The notes: a model not told the origin generated them from the sequence alone. A stretch of 64,000 nt of DNA from an uncultured delta proteobacterium (GCA_963755125.1 CAVWIP010000017.1:256001-320000); one strand, 5' to 3'; counted from the stretch's first letter, positions 1 to 10,263 are shown. Made by a program: numbers and translations.

Positions 1-830
1 GCAAGGGCGGCTTCGTCATGACCTCGGGAAACTCGCAGGCCACCAACATCACCTTCGGCGTGAACGGCTCGCGTAAGGAAGGCAACAACAAGCTGACGCT
101 GGAAGGGGGCGTGGCCTACGGCCGCTCGAACAACCTGGTGGCCACGACCGACGACACAGGTGTCATCCAGTCGGTCGACCGGCAAGAGGTGACCAGCACC
201 AACAACTGGGCCAGCAAGGGCCGCTACGATCGCTTCCTGTCCGAGAACAACGTCGCCTATGCCAGCACCCAGTGGGCTGGCGACAAGATCGCCGGCAAGA
301 CGCTCTTCGGCGGCGGGCAGGCCGGTTACAGCCGCCAGTTGCGCAAGGACAGGTGGAACCTGCTGGTGGCCGAACTCGGTTACGACTTCTCATACGAGCG
401 CTACGTGCAGCAGCCGAACAAGACGATCGACCCGGTCACTATTCACTCGGCGCGCCTGTTGGTGGGCGAGACGCTCTCACTCACGCCCGCGACCGGTTTG
501 ACGGCGAGCGTGGAAGCCCTGCTCAACCTCAACCACGAGACCAAGGCGCTGAATTGCAACACTGGCCTTCCCGGCGTCGATGCGTTTCACGATACGCGCG
601 TCAATGGCAAGCTGGGAATCAGCACGAATCTCTTCAAGAAGCTGGCTCTCGGTGTCAGTTTCACCGTCAAGTACGACCAGAATCCCGCGCCCCGGCCGGT
701 TCCTTCGGTTGTTGTGGGAGTGCCCGCCGGCACGACCGTCAGCTTCCCCGCTGGCCAGTACTACTCCTGGGAGTTCGCTGACAAGGTCGACACACTCACC
801 GAGGTCACGCTCCTGTACTCATTCTTCTAG
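1..830 (+). CDS. DUF481/YdiY-like outer-membrane beta-barrel protein (5' partial)
   Basis: Frame is open from the window edge (KGGFVMTSGNS...). TSGNS motif, GRYDRFL, GYSRQL, ELGYDF and YDQNPAP are typical of DUF481. Ends in an aromatic C-terminal barrel signal (LLYSFF). Confidence 0.7.
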   Translation, partial: KGGFVMTSGNSQATNITFGVNGSRKEGNNKLTLEGGVAYGRSNNLVATTDDTGVIQSVDRQEVTSTNNWASKGRYDRFLSENNVAYASTQWAGDKIAGKTLFGGGQAGYSRQLRKDRWNLLVAELGYDFSYERYVQQPNKTIDPVTIHSARLLVGETLSLTPATGLTASVEALLNLNHETKALNCNTGLPGVDAFHDTRVNGKLGISTNLFKKLALGVSFTVKYDQNPAPRPVPSVVVGVPAGTTVSFPAGQYYSWEFADKVDTLTEVTLLYSFF

Positions 831-836
831 AATGAC

Positions 837-3050
837 ATGAGCGACAAGAACAAAGAATCGCACCGGTGGAAGTTCTTTCGCGCGGGCGACGTGGATCAGG
901 TCGTGCTCGCCGAAGGCGACGATCTCGAACACCTGAGCGGGCTCGACCAGAAGTTGTGGATGGCGCTTTCGTGCCCCACGCGAGGGCTCGAATTCGACAG
1001 CCGCACCTTGGAATGCGTTGACACGGATCAGGACGGGCACATACGGCCGCCCGAGATCTTGGCCGCAGTGGATTGGGCCAAACAGGTTTTTCGCAGTTTG
1101 GACGATCTCTTTGCCGACGGCAGCTCTGTTCCGCTCGCCTCAATCAAAGAAGAGACCCAACTCGGTCGCGATGTGCTGGCGGCGTCCCGGCGTCTGCTCG
1201 CCAAGCTGGGCCGTCCCGACGCGAGCGCGGTGTCGGCCGAAGATGTGACCGGCGCCGCCGAGATCCTGGCTGCCAGCCGGTTCAACGGCGACGGGATCGT
1301 GCCGGCCGACTGCGCACAGGACGAGCCCACCCGCCGGGCCATCGAGGACATCATCGCGGCCATGGGCAGCAAGCCGGATCGGAGCGGCAAGCCAGGCGTG
1401 GACCAGCCCGCCATAGACCAGTTTTTTGACGAGGTTGCCGCCACCGTTGCCTGGCTCGACCGAGCCGACCAGGATGCCGCGGTTCGGCCATTGGGAAAGG
1501 CCACGCTGGAAGCGGCAGAGGCAGTGGCCGCAGTCCGCGCCAAGGTCGACGACTACTTCACTCGTTGCCGCTTGGCCGCCTTTGACGGACGGGCTGTCGT
1601 GGCGCTCGCTCCTGCCGAAAGCGACCTGGCCGCGCTGGGCAGCAAGAGTCTGACCGACGATGCCGCTGAGATTGCAAAACTTCCGCTTGCCGTCGTCGGC
1701 CCCCAGCGTCCCTTGTCGCTGTCCGACGGGCTGAACCCGGCCTGGGCGTCGAAGGTGGCGACTTTGGTTGCTGCCGCGGTTCGGCCCATCCTGGGCGCTG
1801 ACAAGACCGCATTGACCGAATCGGACTGGATGGCCATCAAAGAAACACTGGCGCCCTTCCTGGCCTGGCAGGCTGCCGTGCCGTCGGCCGCGCTGGCAGG
1901 GCTGACTGACGCTCGCGTGCGCGAGCTGCACAGCGGGACCTTCCGGCAGGACCTGTGCGCGCTGGTGGTCCAGGACGCGGCGTTGGAGGACCAGAGCAGT
2001 CAGATCAACCTGGTGGAGAAGATGCTCCTGTTCCGCCGGGATCTGGTCCGCCTGGTGCGCAACTTCGTGAACTTCTCCGAATTCTATGGCCAGCGCCGCG
2101 CCATTTTCCAGGCCGGCACCCTCTACCTCGACGGTCGTAGCTGCAGTTTGTGTTTGCCGGTTGAAGACGCCGGCAAGCACGCCGCAGTCGCGGGGCTGGC
2201 CCGCGCCTTCCTGGTGTACTGTGACTGTACCCGCAAGGGAGGCGAGAAGCGCAGCATCGTCGCGGTCGTGACTGGCGGTGGTACTGACAATCTGATGGTG
2301 GGGCGCAACGGTGTGTTCTACGACCGCAAGGGCATCGACTGGGATGCCACAGTCACCCGCATCATCGAGAATCCCATCGGCATCCGGCAGGCTTTCTGGG
2401 CGCCATACAAGCGGTTCGTGCGCATGATCGAGGAGCAAGTGGCCAAGCGCGCCTCGGCGGCCGACGCGGAAGCGCGGCAGAAGGCGCAATCGGCCGCGAT
2501 GCAAACCGCCCACGCCGACAAGACCAAGGCCGAAGAGCCGACGGGGAAGCCGTCCGAGCCCAAGAAGATTGACGTGGGCACGGTGGCCGCCATCGGCGTG
2601 GCCGTCGCTGGCATGGCGACCTTTCTTTCCAGCGTCCTGGCCACCTTCCTGGGTCTGGGCATGTGGATGCCGGTGGGTGCCCTTGGGCTGTTGCTGGCCA
2701 TCTCGGGCCCGTCCATGCTCATCGCCTGGCTCAAGCTGCGCCAGCGCAACGTGGGCCCCATCTTGGATGCGAACGGCTGGTCTGTGAACGCGCTGGCCAA
2801 GATCAACATTCCCTTTGGCTCCGCCCTGACCAAGGTGGCGGCGCTGCCGCGCGGAGCGCGTCGCCAGTTGCGCGACCCGTTTGCGCAGAAGCGATCGCCC
2901 TGGGGGGTGTACCTGACGCTGCTCGTGCTCCTGGGCTTGGCGGCGCTGTGGTGGTTGGGTCATCTAGACTCGTATCTGCCTGGCAAGTTCAGGTCCGAGT
3001 CGATGTTCGGTCGCGAGGTTCCGGCCAAGACCGAGCCGGTGGTCAGATAA
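837..3050 (+). CDS. Uncharacterised 737-aa membrane protein with N-terminal EF-hand loop
   Basis: DTDQDGHIRPPE loop at aa 62-73; hydrophobic segments near the C-terminus; starts 6 nt after the DUF481 stop; GC3-rich coding pattern. Confidence 0.8.
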   Translation: MSDKNKESHRWKFFRAGDVDQVVLAEGDDLEHLSGLDQKLWMALSCPTRGLEFDSRTLECVDTDQDGHIRPPEILAAVDWAKQVFRSLDDLFADGSSVPLASIKEETQLGRDVLAASRRLLAKLGRPDASAVSAEDVTGAAEILAASRFNGDGIVPADCAQDEPTRRAIEDIIAAMGSKPDRSGKPGVDQPAIDQFFDEVAATVAWLDRADQDAAVRPLGKATLEAAEAVAAVRAKVDDYFTRCRLAAFDGRAVVALAPAESDLAALGSKSLTDDAAEIAKLPLAVVGPQRPLSLSDGLNPAWASKVATLVAAAVRPILGADKTALTESDWMAIKETLAPFLAWQAAVPSAALAGLTDARVRELHSGTFRQDLCALVVQDAALEDQSSQINLVEKMLLFRRDLVRLVRNFVNFSEFYGQRRAIFQAGTLYLDGRSCSLCLPVEDAGKHAAVAGLARAFLVYCDCTRKGGEKRSIVAVVTGGGTDNLMVGRNGVFYDRKGIDWDATVTRIIENPIGIRQAFWAPYKRFVRMIEEQVAKRASAADAEARQKAQSAAMQTAHADKTKAEEPTGKPSEPKKIDVGTVAAIGVAVAGMATFLSSVLATFLGLGMWMPVGALGLLLAISGPSMLIAWLKLRQRNVGPILDANGWSVNALAKINIPFGSALTKVAALPRGARRQLRDPFAQKRSPWGVYLTLLVLLGLAALWWLGHLDSYLPGKFRSESMFGREVPAKTEPVVR

Positions 3051-3059
3051 GGGCGCAAA

Positions 3060-3704
3060 TCATCCGCCCGCCTGGGCAGCGGCCGTTTCCACCTGATGAG
3101 CAATCACGACCGCTAGGTCCAAGGCAGCATCGACGACGGCCGGATCCTCCTCGCAACCGTACCAGGTCACGCTGATGGCGTTTCCGTCGAACATGATTTG
3201 GTTGATGCGGCTTGGAAAACCCAGGATGGCCTTCTCGACGTCCGCTGAGAAGATCGCCGCCAGGTCGCGATCCTCACCCGACATGAGGAATCGCTGTCCC
3301 AGCTGCGAGCGCTGAGTGGAACCGGCCTTCTTCCCCGTTGCGTAGGGGTACTTCGGGTCCATCGCCGTCACCCAGCCCAGCCCCGGGGGAACCTGTGCGC
3401 ACGCGACCGCGGCCATGGTCCGGAGGTGAGCCTCGTGCAAGTCGAAGCTGGCGATTTCGGCGCGACGGCCCTTCCAGATCCCGGCTACGTTCGAGCCACT
3501 GGTCCAAAGACCCTGCGGCTTGGTCCAAGGGACGATGGACTCGCTGGCGCGGATCACGTTCTGCCAGCCGCGCAGTCTAGGGTAGGGCAGCAGTGCCTGG
3601 CGCGAACTCCCACGGTGGGATTGCATCATCAGGGCGACCATGGCCAACGAGCCGAGAAAGACCGCCCAAATCCAGAGAATGCTCGACACTGTTTGATGGT
3701 CCAT
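3060..3704 (-). CDS. Hypothetical protein with single N-terminal TM segment
   Basis: ORF fills the gap before yajC. Start placed at ATG 3704 (MDHQTVSSILWIWAVFLGSLAMVALMM). Confidence 0.55.
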   Translation of the reverse strand: MDHQTVSSILWIWAVFLGSLAMVALMMQSHRGSSRQALLPYPRLRGWQNVIRASESIVPWTKPQGLWTSGSNVAGIWKGRRAEIASFDLHEAHLRTMAAVACAQVPPGLGWVTAMDPKYPYATGKKAGSTQRSQLGQRFLMSGEDRDLAAIFSADVEKAILGFPSRINQIMFDGNAISVTWYGCEEDPAVVDAALDLAVVIAHQVETAAAQAGG

Positions 3705-3833
3705 TTGTCCCTGGTTGTCGGCAACGAGGGAAAATAGTTGCGGACTTGCTGTGGTTGCCCTTCTGCGGCTATCGCGCGCCACCTGCCAGCTTAGCTTGAC
3801 CCCGGATCCCCCCTCTGCTAAGCGTTTCCTTCC

Positions 3834-4187
3834 GTGACTCAATACTTCGTCTCAATGGCCCAGGCTTCGTCATCGGGTTCAGCGTCTCCGGGCGGTGCGC
3901 TCGGTGGCATGCTGATTCCCATGCTGCTGATCTTCGGCGTCATGTATCTTCTGGTCATTCGCCCGCAGTCCAAGAAGGCGAAAGAACACCAGAAGATGCT
4001 GTCTGAATTGCAGAAGGGCGACGATGTCGCTACCACCGGAGGGCTCATCGGGCGCATCACGGGGATCAAGGACGACGTGGTCACTTTGCAGGTCCAGGAG
4101 GGCGTCCGTCTCCGCGTCCTGCGCAGCGCAATCACGGGCCGTCACAAGTTCAGCGAAACCCCCAAGTCGGACGACAAGGCCTCATAG
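3834..4187 (+). CDS. yajC: Preprotein translocase subunit YajC
   Basis: MYLLVIRPQSKKAKEHQKMLSELQKGDDVATTGGLIGRI signature; upstream of secD. Confidence 0.95.
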   Translation: MTQYFVSMAQASSSGSASPGGALGGMLIPMLLIFGVMYLLVIRPQSKKAKEHQKMLSELQKGDDVATTGGLIGRITGIKDDVVTLQVQEGVRLRVLRSAITGRHKFSETPKSDDKAS

Positions 4188-4205
4188 CGCAGCAAGGATC
4201 ATTTC

Positions 4206-5981
4206 ATGGAACGATCGTGGTGGTGGAAGGCCGTCCTTTACGGATGTGCCATCATTCTCGCCGGCCTCTATCTGGTGCCCACGGTGGTGCCCGAGGAGAA
4301 GCGTCCGGCCTTTTTCAAGGAACACTTCACCAAGCGCATCCAGCTTGGCCTGGACTTGCAGGGTGGCCTGCATCTGGTCTACGAGGTCAACATCGACAAG
4401 GCCGTGTCGAGCAAGGTGGACCGCCTGTCCAACGACATCGAGGACGCGGTCAAGAAGAAATCGCCGGATGCGACGGTGGTGCGCGAGGGACGCGACGACA
4501 TCCTGGTTTCCTTCAAGAATCCGGCCGGCCTGGCTGGCGTGGACGCGGAGATGCTCAAACCCTACCGGCGCGATCTGGACGAGATCAGCCGTGACGCCGC
4601 GGCGGGCACGCTGCGGCTTCGCTACGACCCTGACCGCGTGGCCGAAGTCGAGGAGCTGGCCTTGCGCCAGGCCATCGAAACCATCCGCGGCCGCGTGGAC
4701 AAGTTCGGCGTGGCCGAGCCCACCATCATCAAGAAAGGCACGGACATCGTGGTCGAGTTGCCCGGCCTCAAGCAGTCCGACTTCGAGCGCATCAAGGGCA
4801 TCATCGGCCGCACCGCCCAGCTCGAGTTCAAGATTGTGGACGACGGCTCGGAGTACATGAAGAAACTCGCCGCCACCCTGCCCAAGGATGGCCCCATCAA
4901 GGCCGAGCCCGAAAGCTGGACCGAGAAGCACTCCGGCCAGCAGCATGAGGACGTGTTCTTGCGCAGCAAGGATCGTCCCGGGCTGGAGAAGTTCATCGCC
5001 GGCCTGTCGGGTGACTTGGCGGTGCCCCCTGATCGCGAACTGGCGCTTGAGGAGATCAGTCCGCGCGACAGCGGTGAAGCCGCGCCGGAGAAGTTCTATC
5101 GCACCTACCTGCTCAAGCGGCGCGCCGGCGTGACCGGCGAATATCTGGCCATGGCCGACGCAACCTGGGACGAGATGGGCCGGCCCGAGGTGTCCTTCAC
5201 CATGAACCGGCAGGGCTCGGCCATGATGGAGAAGCTGACCGGCGAGAACGTGGGTCGCAAGATGGCCATCGTGCTCGACGAGAAGATCACCAGCGCGCCG
5301 GTCATCGAATCCAAGATTGGTGAACGCGGCCGCATCACCATGGGCGGCTACGGCGATCCCTTCAAGCTGCAGCAAGAGGTGAAGGATCTGGTGGCGGTGT
5401 TGCGCTCGGGCGCCTTGCCCGCGCCGCTCAAGAAGTCGTTTGAAACCCAGGTGGGCGCCACCATGGGTCAGGACTCCATCGACAAGGCCAAGTTCTCCAT
5501 GCTCATTGGAGCCGTGGCGGTCGTGCTGTTCATGTTGATTTACTACCGGGTGGCCGGGTTCATCGCGAATCTGGCCATGCTCCTCAACATGTTGTTCATG
5601 GTGTCCATCCTGGCCGCCTTCGAGGCCTCGCTGACCTTGCCCGGCATCGCGGGCTTGGTGTTGACCATTGGCATGGCGGTGGACTCCAACATCATCATCT
5701 ACGAGCGCATACGCGAGGAGTTACGCCACGGCAAGTCGCCACGCACGGCGGTCGACGCGGGCTTCCAGCGTGCGTTCTGGACCGTGTTCGACGCGCACGT
5801 GACCAACTTCGTGGCCGGCATCGTTCTCTATTCATACGGCTCCGGCCCCATCCGCGGTTTCGCCGTCACGCTGCTGGTGGGCATCGTGTCCAACCTGCTC
5901 ACTTCGGTGTGGATGTCACGCTGGATGTTCGATGTTCTCGTGAGCCGTCGCGGGTCGGTTGCCGCGACCCTTTCCATTTAG
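4206..5981 (+). CDS. secD: Protein translocase subunit SecD
   Basis: LGLDLQGG, GVAEPTI, IVVELPG, LTLPGIAGLVLTIGMAVDSNIIIYERIREE. Confidence 0.97.
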   Translation: MERSWWWKAVLYGCAIILAGLYLVPTVVPEEKRPAFFKEHFTKRIQLGLDLQGGLHLVYEVNIDKAVSSKVDRLSNDIEDAVKKKSPDATVVREGRDDILVSFKNPAGLAGVDAEMLKPYRRDLDEISRDAAAGTLRLRYDPDRVAEVEELALRQAIETIRGRVDKFGVAEPTIIKKGTDIVVELPGLKQSDFERIKGIIGRTAQLEFKIVDDGSEYMKKLAATLPKDGPIKAEPESWTEKHSGQQHEDVFLRSKDRPGLEKFIAGLSGDLAVPPDRELALEEISPRDSGEAAPEKFYRTYLLKRRAGVTGEYLAMADATWDEMGRPEVSFTMNRQGSAMMEKLTGENVGRKMAIVLDEKITSAPVIESKIGERGRITMGGYGDPFKLQQEVKDLVAVLRSGALPAPLKKSFETQVGATMGQDSIDKAKFSMLIGAVAVVLFMLIYYRVAGFIANLAMLLNMLFMVSILAAFEASLTLPGIAGLVLTIGMAVDSNIIIYERIREELRHGKSPRTAVDAGFQRAFWTVFDAHVTNFVAGIVLYSYGSGPIRGFAVTLLVGIVSNLLTSVWMSRWMFDVLVSRRGSVAATLSI

Positions 5982-5999
5982 CAGTCAGGAGAATCACCG

Positions 6000-7259
6000 A
6001 TGGCGGCGAATCAGAAATTCTTCGAGATCATCAAGCCCGGTATCGATCTCGATTTCATTGGCAACCAGAAGTACTGGATCGGGGCGTCCATAACTCTGCT
6101 GCTTGTCACCTTCCTCATGCTCCCCATCAACGCCTACGTCATCAAGGGTCGTGGGCACATGTTGAACTGGGGCGTCGAATTCCGCGGCGGCACCGAGATC
6201 GTGGTCGACTTTGCCAAGCCGGTGGAGGCAGGGGCCGTGCGCGAGGCCCTGGCGGCCAAGGGGTTCGAGAACGCTGACGTGGTCAAGTACGGCAGTGCGA
6301 TGGAGCGCGGGTCGAGCAATGCGTTCATGATCCGCCTGGGTCCGGTGTCGGTCCTGTCGCCCGAGCAGGCCAAGAAGGTGGAGGTCGTCCTCGCGCGCGT
6401 GGGCGACGCTGTTCTGAAGAAATTCGAGTTCTCCGAGGGTGGTGACAAGGTCTACATCCGCTTCGATAGGGCGGTGGAGCCGACCGTGCTGGCCGCTGCA
6501 CTCAAGGCCGCAGGCACCAACACCACAGACAAGGGCGTGCAGCAGTTCGGTCCGCCCCAGGATCACACCTACGAAGCCACGCTGGTGGGCATGGAATCCG
6601 AGGTGCGCGCTGCTCTGGATGCCAAGCTGGGCGCTGGTGCGGTGACCAGCATCCCGCAGGTGTCGTCGGTCGGCTCCAAGGCGGGCAAGGAGCTTCAGCT
6701 CGACGGAATCCGGGCGCTGCTGGGGGCCATTCTGCTCATCGTGGTCTACATCGCCTTCCGCTTCGACTTTCGCTACGGCCCGGGCACCATCGTGGCCCTC
6801 CTGCACGACGCCCTCCTCACGGTGGGCGCCTTCGCCATCACCTACAAGGAGTTTTCACTCACCACCCTGGCGGCGATCTTGACCATCATCGGCTACTCGA
6901 TGAGCGACACCATCGTGGTGTTCGACCGCATCCGCGAGAACGCCAGCCGCTATCGCGATCGCGCCTTCGATCGCGTGGTCAACCACGCCATCAACGAAAC
7001 CTTGTCGCGCACCATCTTGACCAGCGCCACCGTGTTCTTCGTGACCCTGGCCATGAACATCTTCGGCACCGGCGTGATCCGTGATTTCGCCTTTGCCATG
7101 AACGTGGGTGTCATCGTGGGCACCTATTCGTCGATCTTCATCGCCAGCCCCATCCTCATCTGGCTGAACGAAAAGTACGTGGCGGCGCAGAAGCGGCAGG
7201 CGGCTCGGCCGGCGCGCCGGCCGAGCCGGCGTGACGAAGAAGAGGCGGTCGAGACCTGA
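6000..7259 (+). CDS. secF: Protein translocase subunit SecF
   Basis: GVEFRGGT, ALLHD, IIGYSMSDTIVVFDRIREN, GTYSSIFIASP; AGGAG SD. Confidence 0.97.
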   Translation: MAANQKFFEIIKPGIDLDFIGNQKYWIGASITLLLVTFLMLPINAYVIKGRGHMLNWGVEFRGGTEIVVDFAKPVEAGAVREALAAKGFENADVVKYGSAMERGSSNAFMIRLGPVSVLSPEQAKKVEVVLARVGDAVLKKFEFSEGGDKVYIRFDRAVEPTVLAAALKAAGTNTTDKGVQQFGPPQDHTYEATLVGMESEVRAALDAKLGAGAVTSIPQVSSVGSKAGKELQLDGIRALLGAILLIVVYIAFRFDFRYGPGTIVALLHDALLTVGAFAITYKEFSLTTLAAILTIIGYSMSDTIVVFDRIRENASRYRDRAFDRVVNHAINETLSRTILTSATVFFVTLAMNIFGTGVIRDFAFAMNVGVIVGTYSSIFIASPILIWLNEKYVAAQKRQAARPARRPSRRDEEEAVET

Positions 7260-7316
7260 CAGGACAGGGGCGATGCCCGCCGACCGATCGCAGTCATCAT
7301 CGGGGCAGGCATCGGC

Positions 7317-9065
7317 TTGGGAGATGGGCCGACGATTCCTGTCGCGGCCGAAGACGAGTCCGCCGTGACCCCAACCTGGCGAGTTCGTCCGACCGATGAG
7401 GCGTGCGTGGAGCGTCTGCGTGCCGGATTGAACCTGCGTCCCCTGACAGCCGCGGTGCTGGCCGCGCGTGGCCTCGACGAGCCCGCCGCGGCGGCGCGCT
7501 TTCTCACGCCTCGGCTGGCGGATCTGCGGCCGCCCGACGGGATTGCGGATCTGGATCGCGCGCTGGACCGGCTGGTGCCGGCGGTGACCACGGGCGAATC
7601 TATCGGCGTGTTCGGCGACTATGACGTGGACGGGGTGACCACCGCGGCCATCCTCACCACCATGCTGCGAGCCTTCGGGGCCCAGGTGGTCACGCGGGTG
7701 GCACGCCGTTCGTCGGGCTACGGCCTGTCGCCGGCTGCGGCCACGCATTTTCTCGACCAGGGCTGCACGCTGGTCGTGACCGGTGACTGCGGCACTAGCG
7801 ACAGCGAGTCCATCGGGCTCTGTCGCGCGCGCGGGGTGGACGTCATCGTCATCGATCATCACCGTGTACCGTCGGGGCCGTCAGCCGCGCATGCGTTGCT
7901 CAACCCCCATCGCAGTGACGACAAGTTTCCCTTCAAGGGCCTCGCCTCGTGCGGAGTGGCGTTCTACCTGGCGGCCGCTTTGCGCACGCGCCTGCGCGGC
8001 CAAGGACACCCGGCGGCCGATGGCTTTGACCCACGCGACGTGCTCGACCTGGTGGCCCTGGGCACGGTGGCGGACATGGTGCCCTTGCGCGAGGAGAACC
8101 GCATTCTGGCATCGATCGGTCTTCGCGATCTGGCGGCGTTCCGGCGTCCCGGGCTGCGCGCCCTCGCCGAGATTGCCGGCGTCGAGGGCGGCTGCGTGCT
8201 CACCTCCGATGTGAGCTTCCGCATGGCTCCCCGCCTGAACGCGGCCGGCCGGCTGGGCGACGCGCAGGTGGCCCTCGACCTGTTGCTGGCGTCCGATGCG
8301 GCCGAGGCTTCCCGTCTGGCGGGCGAACTTGACGACATGAATCGCCAGCGGCAGAGAATCCAGGAGCAGATGTGGGGCGAGGCGCTGCGTGCGGCAGAGG
8401 AATTTCCCAACGACGCGGCCCTGGTGCTGGGCGCGGAGGGCTGGCACCAAGGCGTGGTCGGCATCGTGGCGGCCAAGCTGGTCGACCGGTTCCACAAGCC
8501 GGTGGTGGTGGTCGGTTTCAAGAACGGCAATGGACGGGGTTCGGCTCGCACCACCGGCGGGCTCGATCTCTACCAATCGCTGGCGGCTTGCCAGCAGCAT
8601 CTGACGGTTTTCGGTGGGCACGCGGCGGCGGCTGGCCTGGGCTTGTCGGCCGCGCAGATGGAGGCCTTTCGCGCCTCGTTCGTGGCCCAGGCTCGGCGCC
8701 ATTTCGACGGCCGCACCGACGATCCCTCGCTCGAGGTCGACGCCGTGGCGGACCTGGCTGACCTCGATCTGGTCCAGGCCGAGGAGTTGGAGCGGCTGGC
8801 GCCGTTTGGCGCGGGCAACAGCGAGCCGCTCTTCGCCCTGCCTGGCGTGGTGGCGACCTCGACCAGGGTTGTGGGCACATCGCACTTGCAGATCACCCTT
8901 TCGCGTGGCGCGGCCGTCAGCCAAGCCATCGCCTTCGGCATGGCGGATCGCGATCCGGGGCAAGGGGCGCAGCTCGATGTCATCGGCATGGCCGAGGTCG
9001 ATAGCTTCCGGGGAAACCGGCGGCCGCGGGTGCGAGTCAAGCAGCTTTTGCGAAGGACATCGTGA
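7317..9065 (+). CDS. recJ: ssDNA exonuclease RecJ
   Basis: GDYDVDG, TGDCG, IDHH, LGTVADMVPL, PRLNAAGR, GGHAAAAG DHH/DHHA1 motifs. Exact start uncertain. Confidence 0.95.
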   Translation: MGDGPTIPVAAEDESAVTPTWRVRPTDEACVERLRAGLNLRPLTAAVLAARGLDEPAAAARFLTPRLADLRPPDGIADLDRALDRLVPAVTTGESIGVFGDYDVDGVTTAAILTTMLRAFGAQVVTRVARRSSGYGLSPAAATHFLDQGCTLVVTGDCGTSDSESIGLCRARGVDVIVIDHHRVPSGPSAAHALLNPHRSDDKFPFKGLASCGVAFYLAAALRTRLRGQGHPAADGFDPRDVLDLVALGTVADMVPLREENRILASIGLRDLAAFRRPGLRALAEIAGVEGGCVLTSDVSFRMAPRLNAAGRLGDAQVALDLLLASDAAEASRLAGELDDMNRQRQRIQEQMWGEALRAAEEFPNDAALVLGAEGWHQGVVGIVAAKLVDRFHKPVVVVGFKNGNGRGSARTTGGLDLYQSLAACQQHLTVFGGHAAAAGLGLSAAQMEAFRASFVAQARRHFDGRTDDPSLEVDAVADLADLDLVQAEELERLAPFGAGNSEPLFALPGVVATSTRVVGTSHLQITLSRGAAVSQAIAFGMADRDPGQGAQLDVIGMAEVDSFRGNRRPRVRVKQLLRRTS

Positions 9066-9340
9066 GCGAACCGCGCGATCATGAGGACGAGGAAGAACCG
9101 CGTAAGGGGTTCTGGGCGACACTGCCGCGCGGGACGATCACGCGGGTCTTTGTCCTGCTGATGCTTCTCGCCAGTGTGGTGGTTCTTCAGCGCAAGGCTG
9201 GCGCCATCGCGGGTTGCATGAACCAGACCTTCATGCTGCCCCAGCCGCGCGCCATCGGGACATCTGCCGACGGGGGCGAGCCGTCCGCGCGCGGTCCCAT
9301 TCACGTGCAGGTGCGGGTTCCGGAGCCGGCGACGCGATGA
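9062..9340 (+). CDS. Small single-TM hypothetical protein
   Basis: GTGA overlap with the recJ stop and ATGA overlap with the next start; one hydrophobic segment (VFVLLMLLASVVVL). Confidence 0.65.
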   Translation: MSEPRDHEDEEEPRKGFWATLPRGTITRVFVLLMLLASVVVLQRKAGAIAGCMNQTFMLPQPRAIGTSADGGEPSARGPIHVQVRVPEPATR

Positions 9341-10263
9341 CCTCGGTCGGCTCACCGCTAGTCTGGGCTGTGTTCGTCCTGGTGGTGGTGGTCGCCCTGG
9401 CCATCGACCTGGGGGTATTCAACCGCGAAGCCCGCCCTGTGCGCATGCGCGACGCTGCCATCTGGGTCGCGGTCTGGTGCTCGCTGAGTTTGGCGTTCAA
9501 CCTGTTCGTCTGGCGACGGTTTGGTGCGCACAAGGGACTGGAGTTCCTGCAGGGCTGGCTGCTGGAGGTGGCACTGTCGGCTGACAACGTGTTCGTGTTC
9601 CTGGTCATCCTGTCGTATTTCAAGGTCAGTCGGGACGTGCAGCACAAGGTGCTGTTCTGGGGCATCTTGGGCGCCGTCGTCTCCCGCGGGGCGTTCATCG
9701 GCGCGGGGGCCGCGACCATCCACGCGTTTCATTGGGTGCTCTATCTGCTCGGCGCCTTTCTGGTTTTCACGTCGATCAAGATCCTGGCCCAGGAAGACAA
9801 GCCGGTCGATCCCTCGCGCAACCTGGTCCTGCGGCTGTTTCGCCGCCTGGTGCCCATCACGCCCGACTATGTGGGCGCCCGCTTTTTCGCGCGACATGAA
9901 GGTCGCATGATGGCCACGCCGCTTCTGGCCGTGCTGGTGGTGGTGGAGGCGGCGGACGTGATGTTCGCGGTGGATTCCATCCCGGCAATCTTCGGCGTGA
10001 CCACCGACGTGTTCATCGTGTTCACGTCGAACATCTTTGCCGTGCTGGGCCTGCGTTCTCTCTTCTTCTTGGTCGCCGGTTTGGCGCAGAAGCTGGTCTA
10101 TCTCAAGTACGCCATCTCGGCCATCCTGGCCTTCATCGGCATCAAGATCATGGCCCAGCCGCTTTTCGAGATCCCGGTTTCCATTTCACTGCTGGTGGTG
10201 GTGGGGCTGCTCGCCGTCGCCACCGCGGTATCGCTGCTCTTCGGGCCGAAGAGCGCAAACTAG
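9337..10263 (+). CDS. TerC/Alx-family metal homeostasis membrane protein
   Basis: LEVALSADNVFVF, QHKVLFWGILGA, DVMFAVDSIPAIFGVT, FTSNIFAVLGLRSLFF. Start placed at ATG 9337 (coupled). Confidence 0.93.
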   Translation: MTSVGSPLVWAVFVLVVVVALAIDLGVFNREARPVRMRDAAIWVAVWCSLSLAFNLFVWRRFGAHKGLEFLQGWLLEVALSADNVFVFLVILSYFKVSRDVQHKVLFWGILGAVVSRGAFIGAGAATIHAFHWVLYLLGAFLVFTSIKILAQEDKPVDPSRNLVLRLFRRLVPITPDYVGARFFARHEGRMMATPLLAVLVVVEAADVMFAVDSIPAIFGVTTDVFIVFTSNIFAVLGLRSLFFLVAGLAQKLVYLKYAISAILAFIGIKIMAQPLFEIPVSISLLVVVGLLAVATAVSLLFGPKSAN

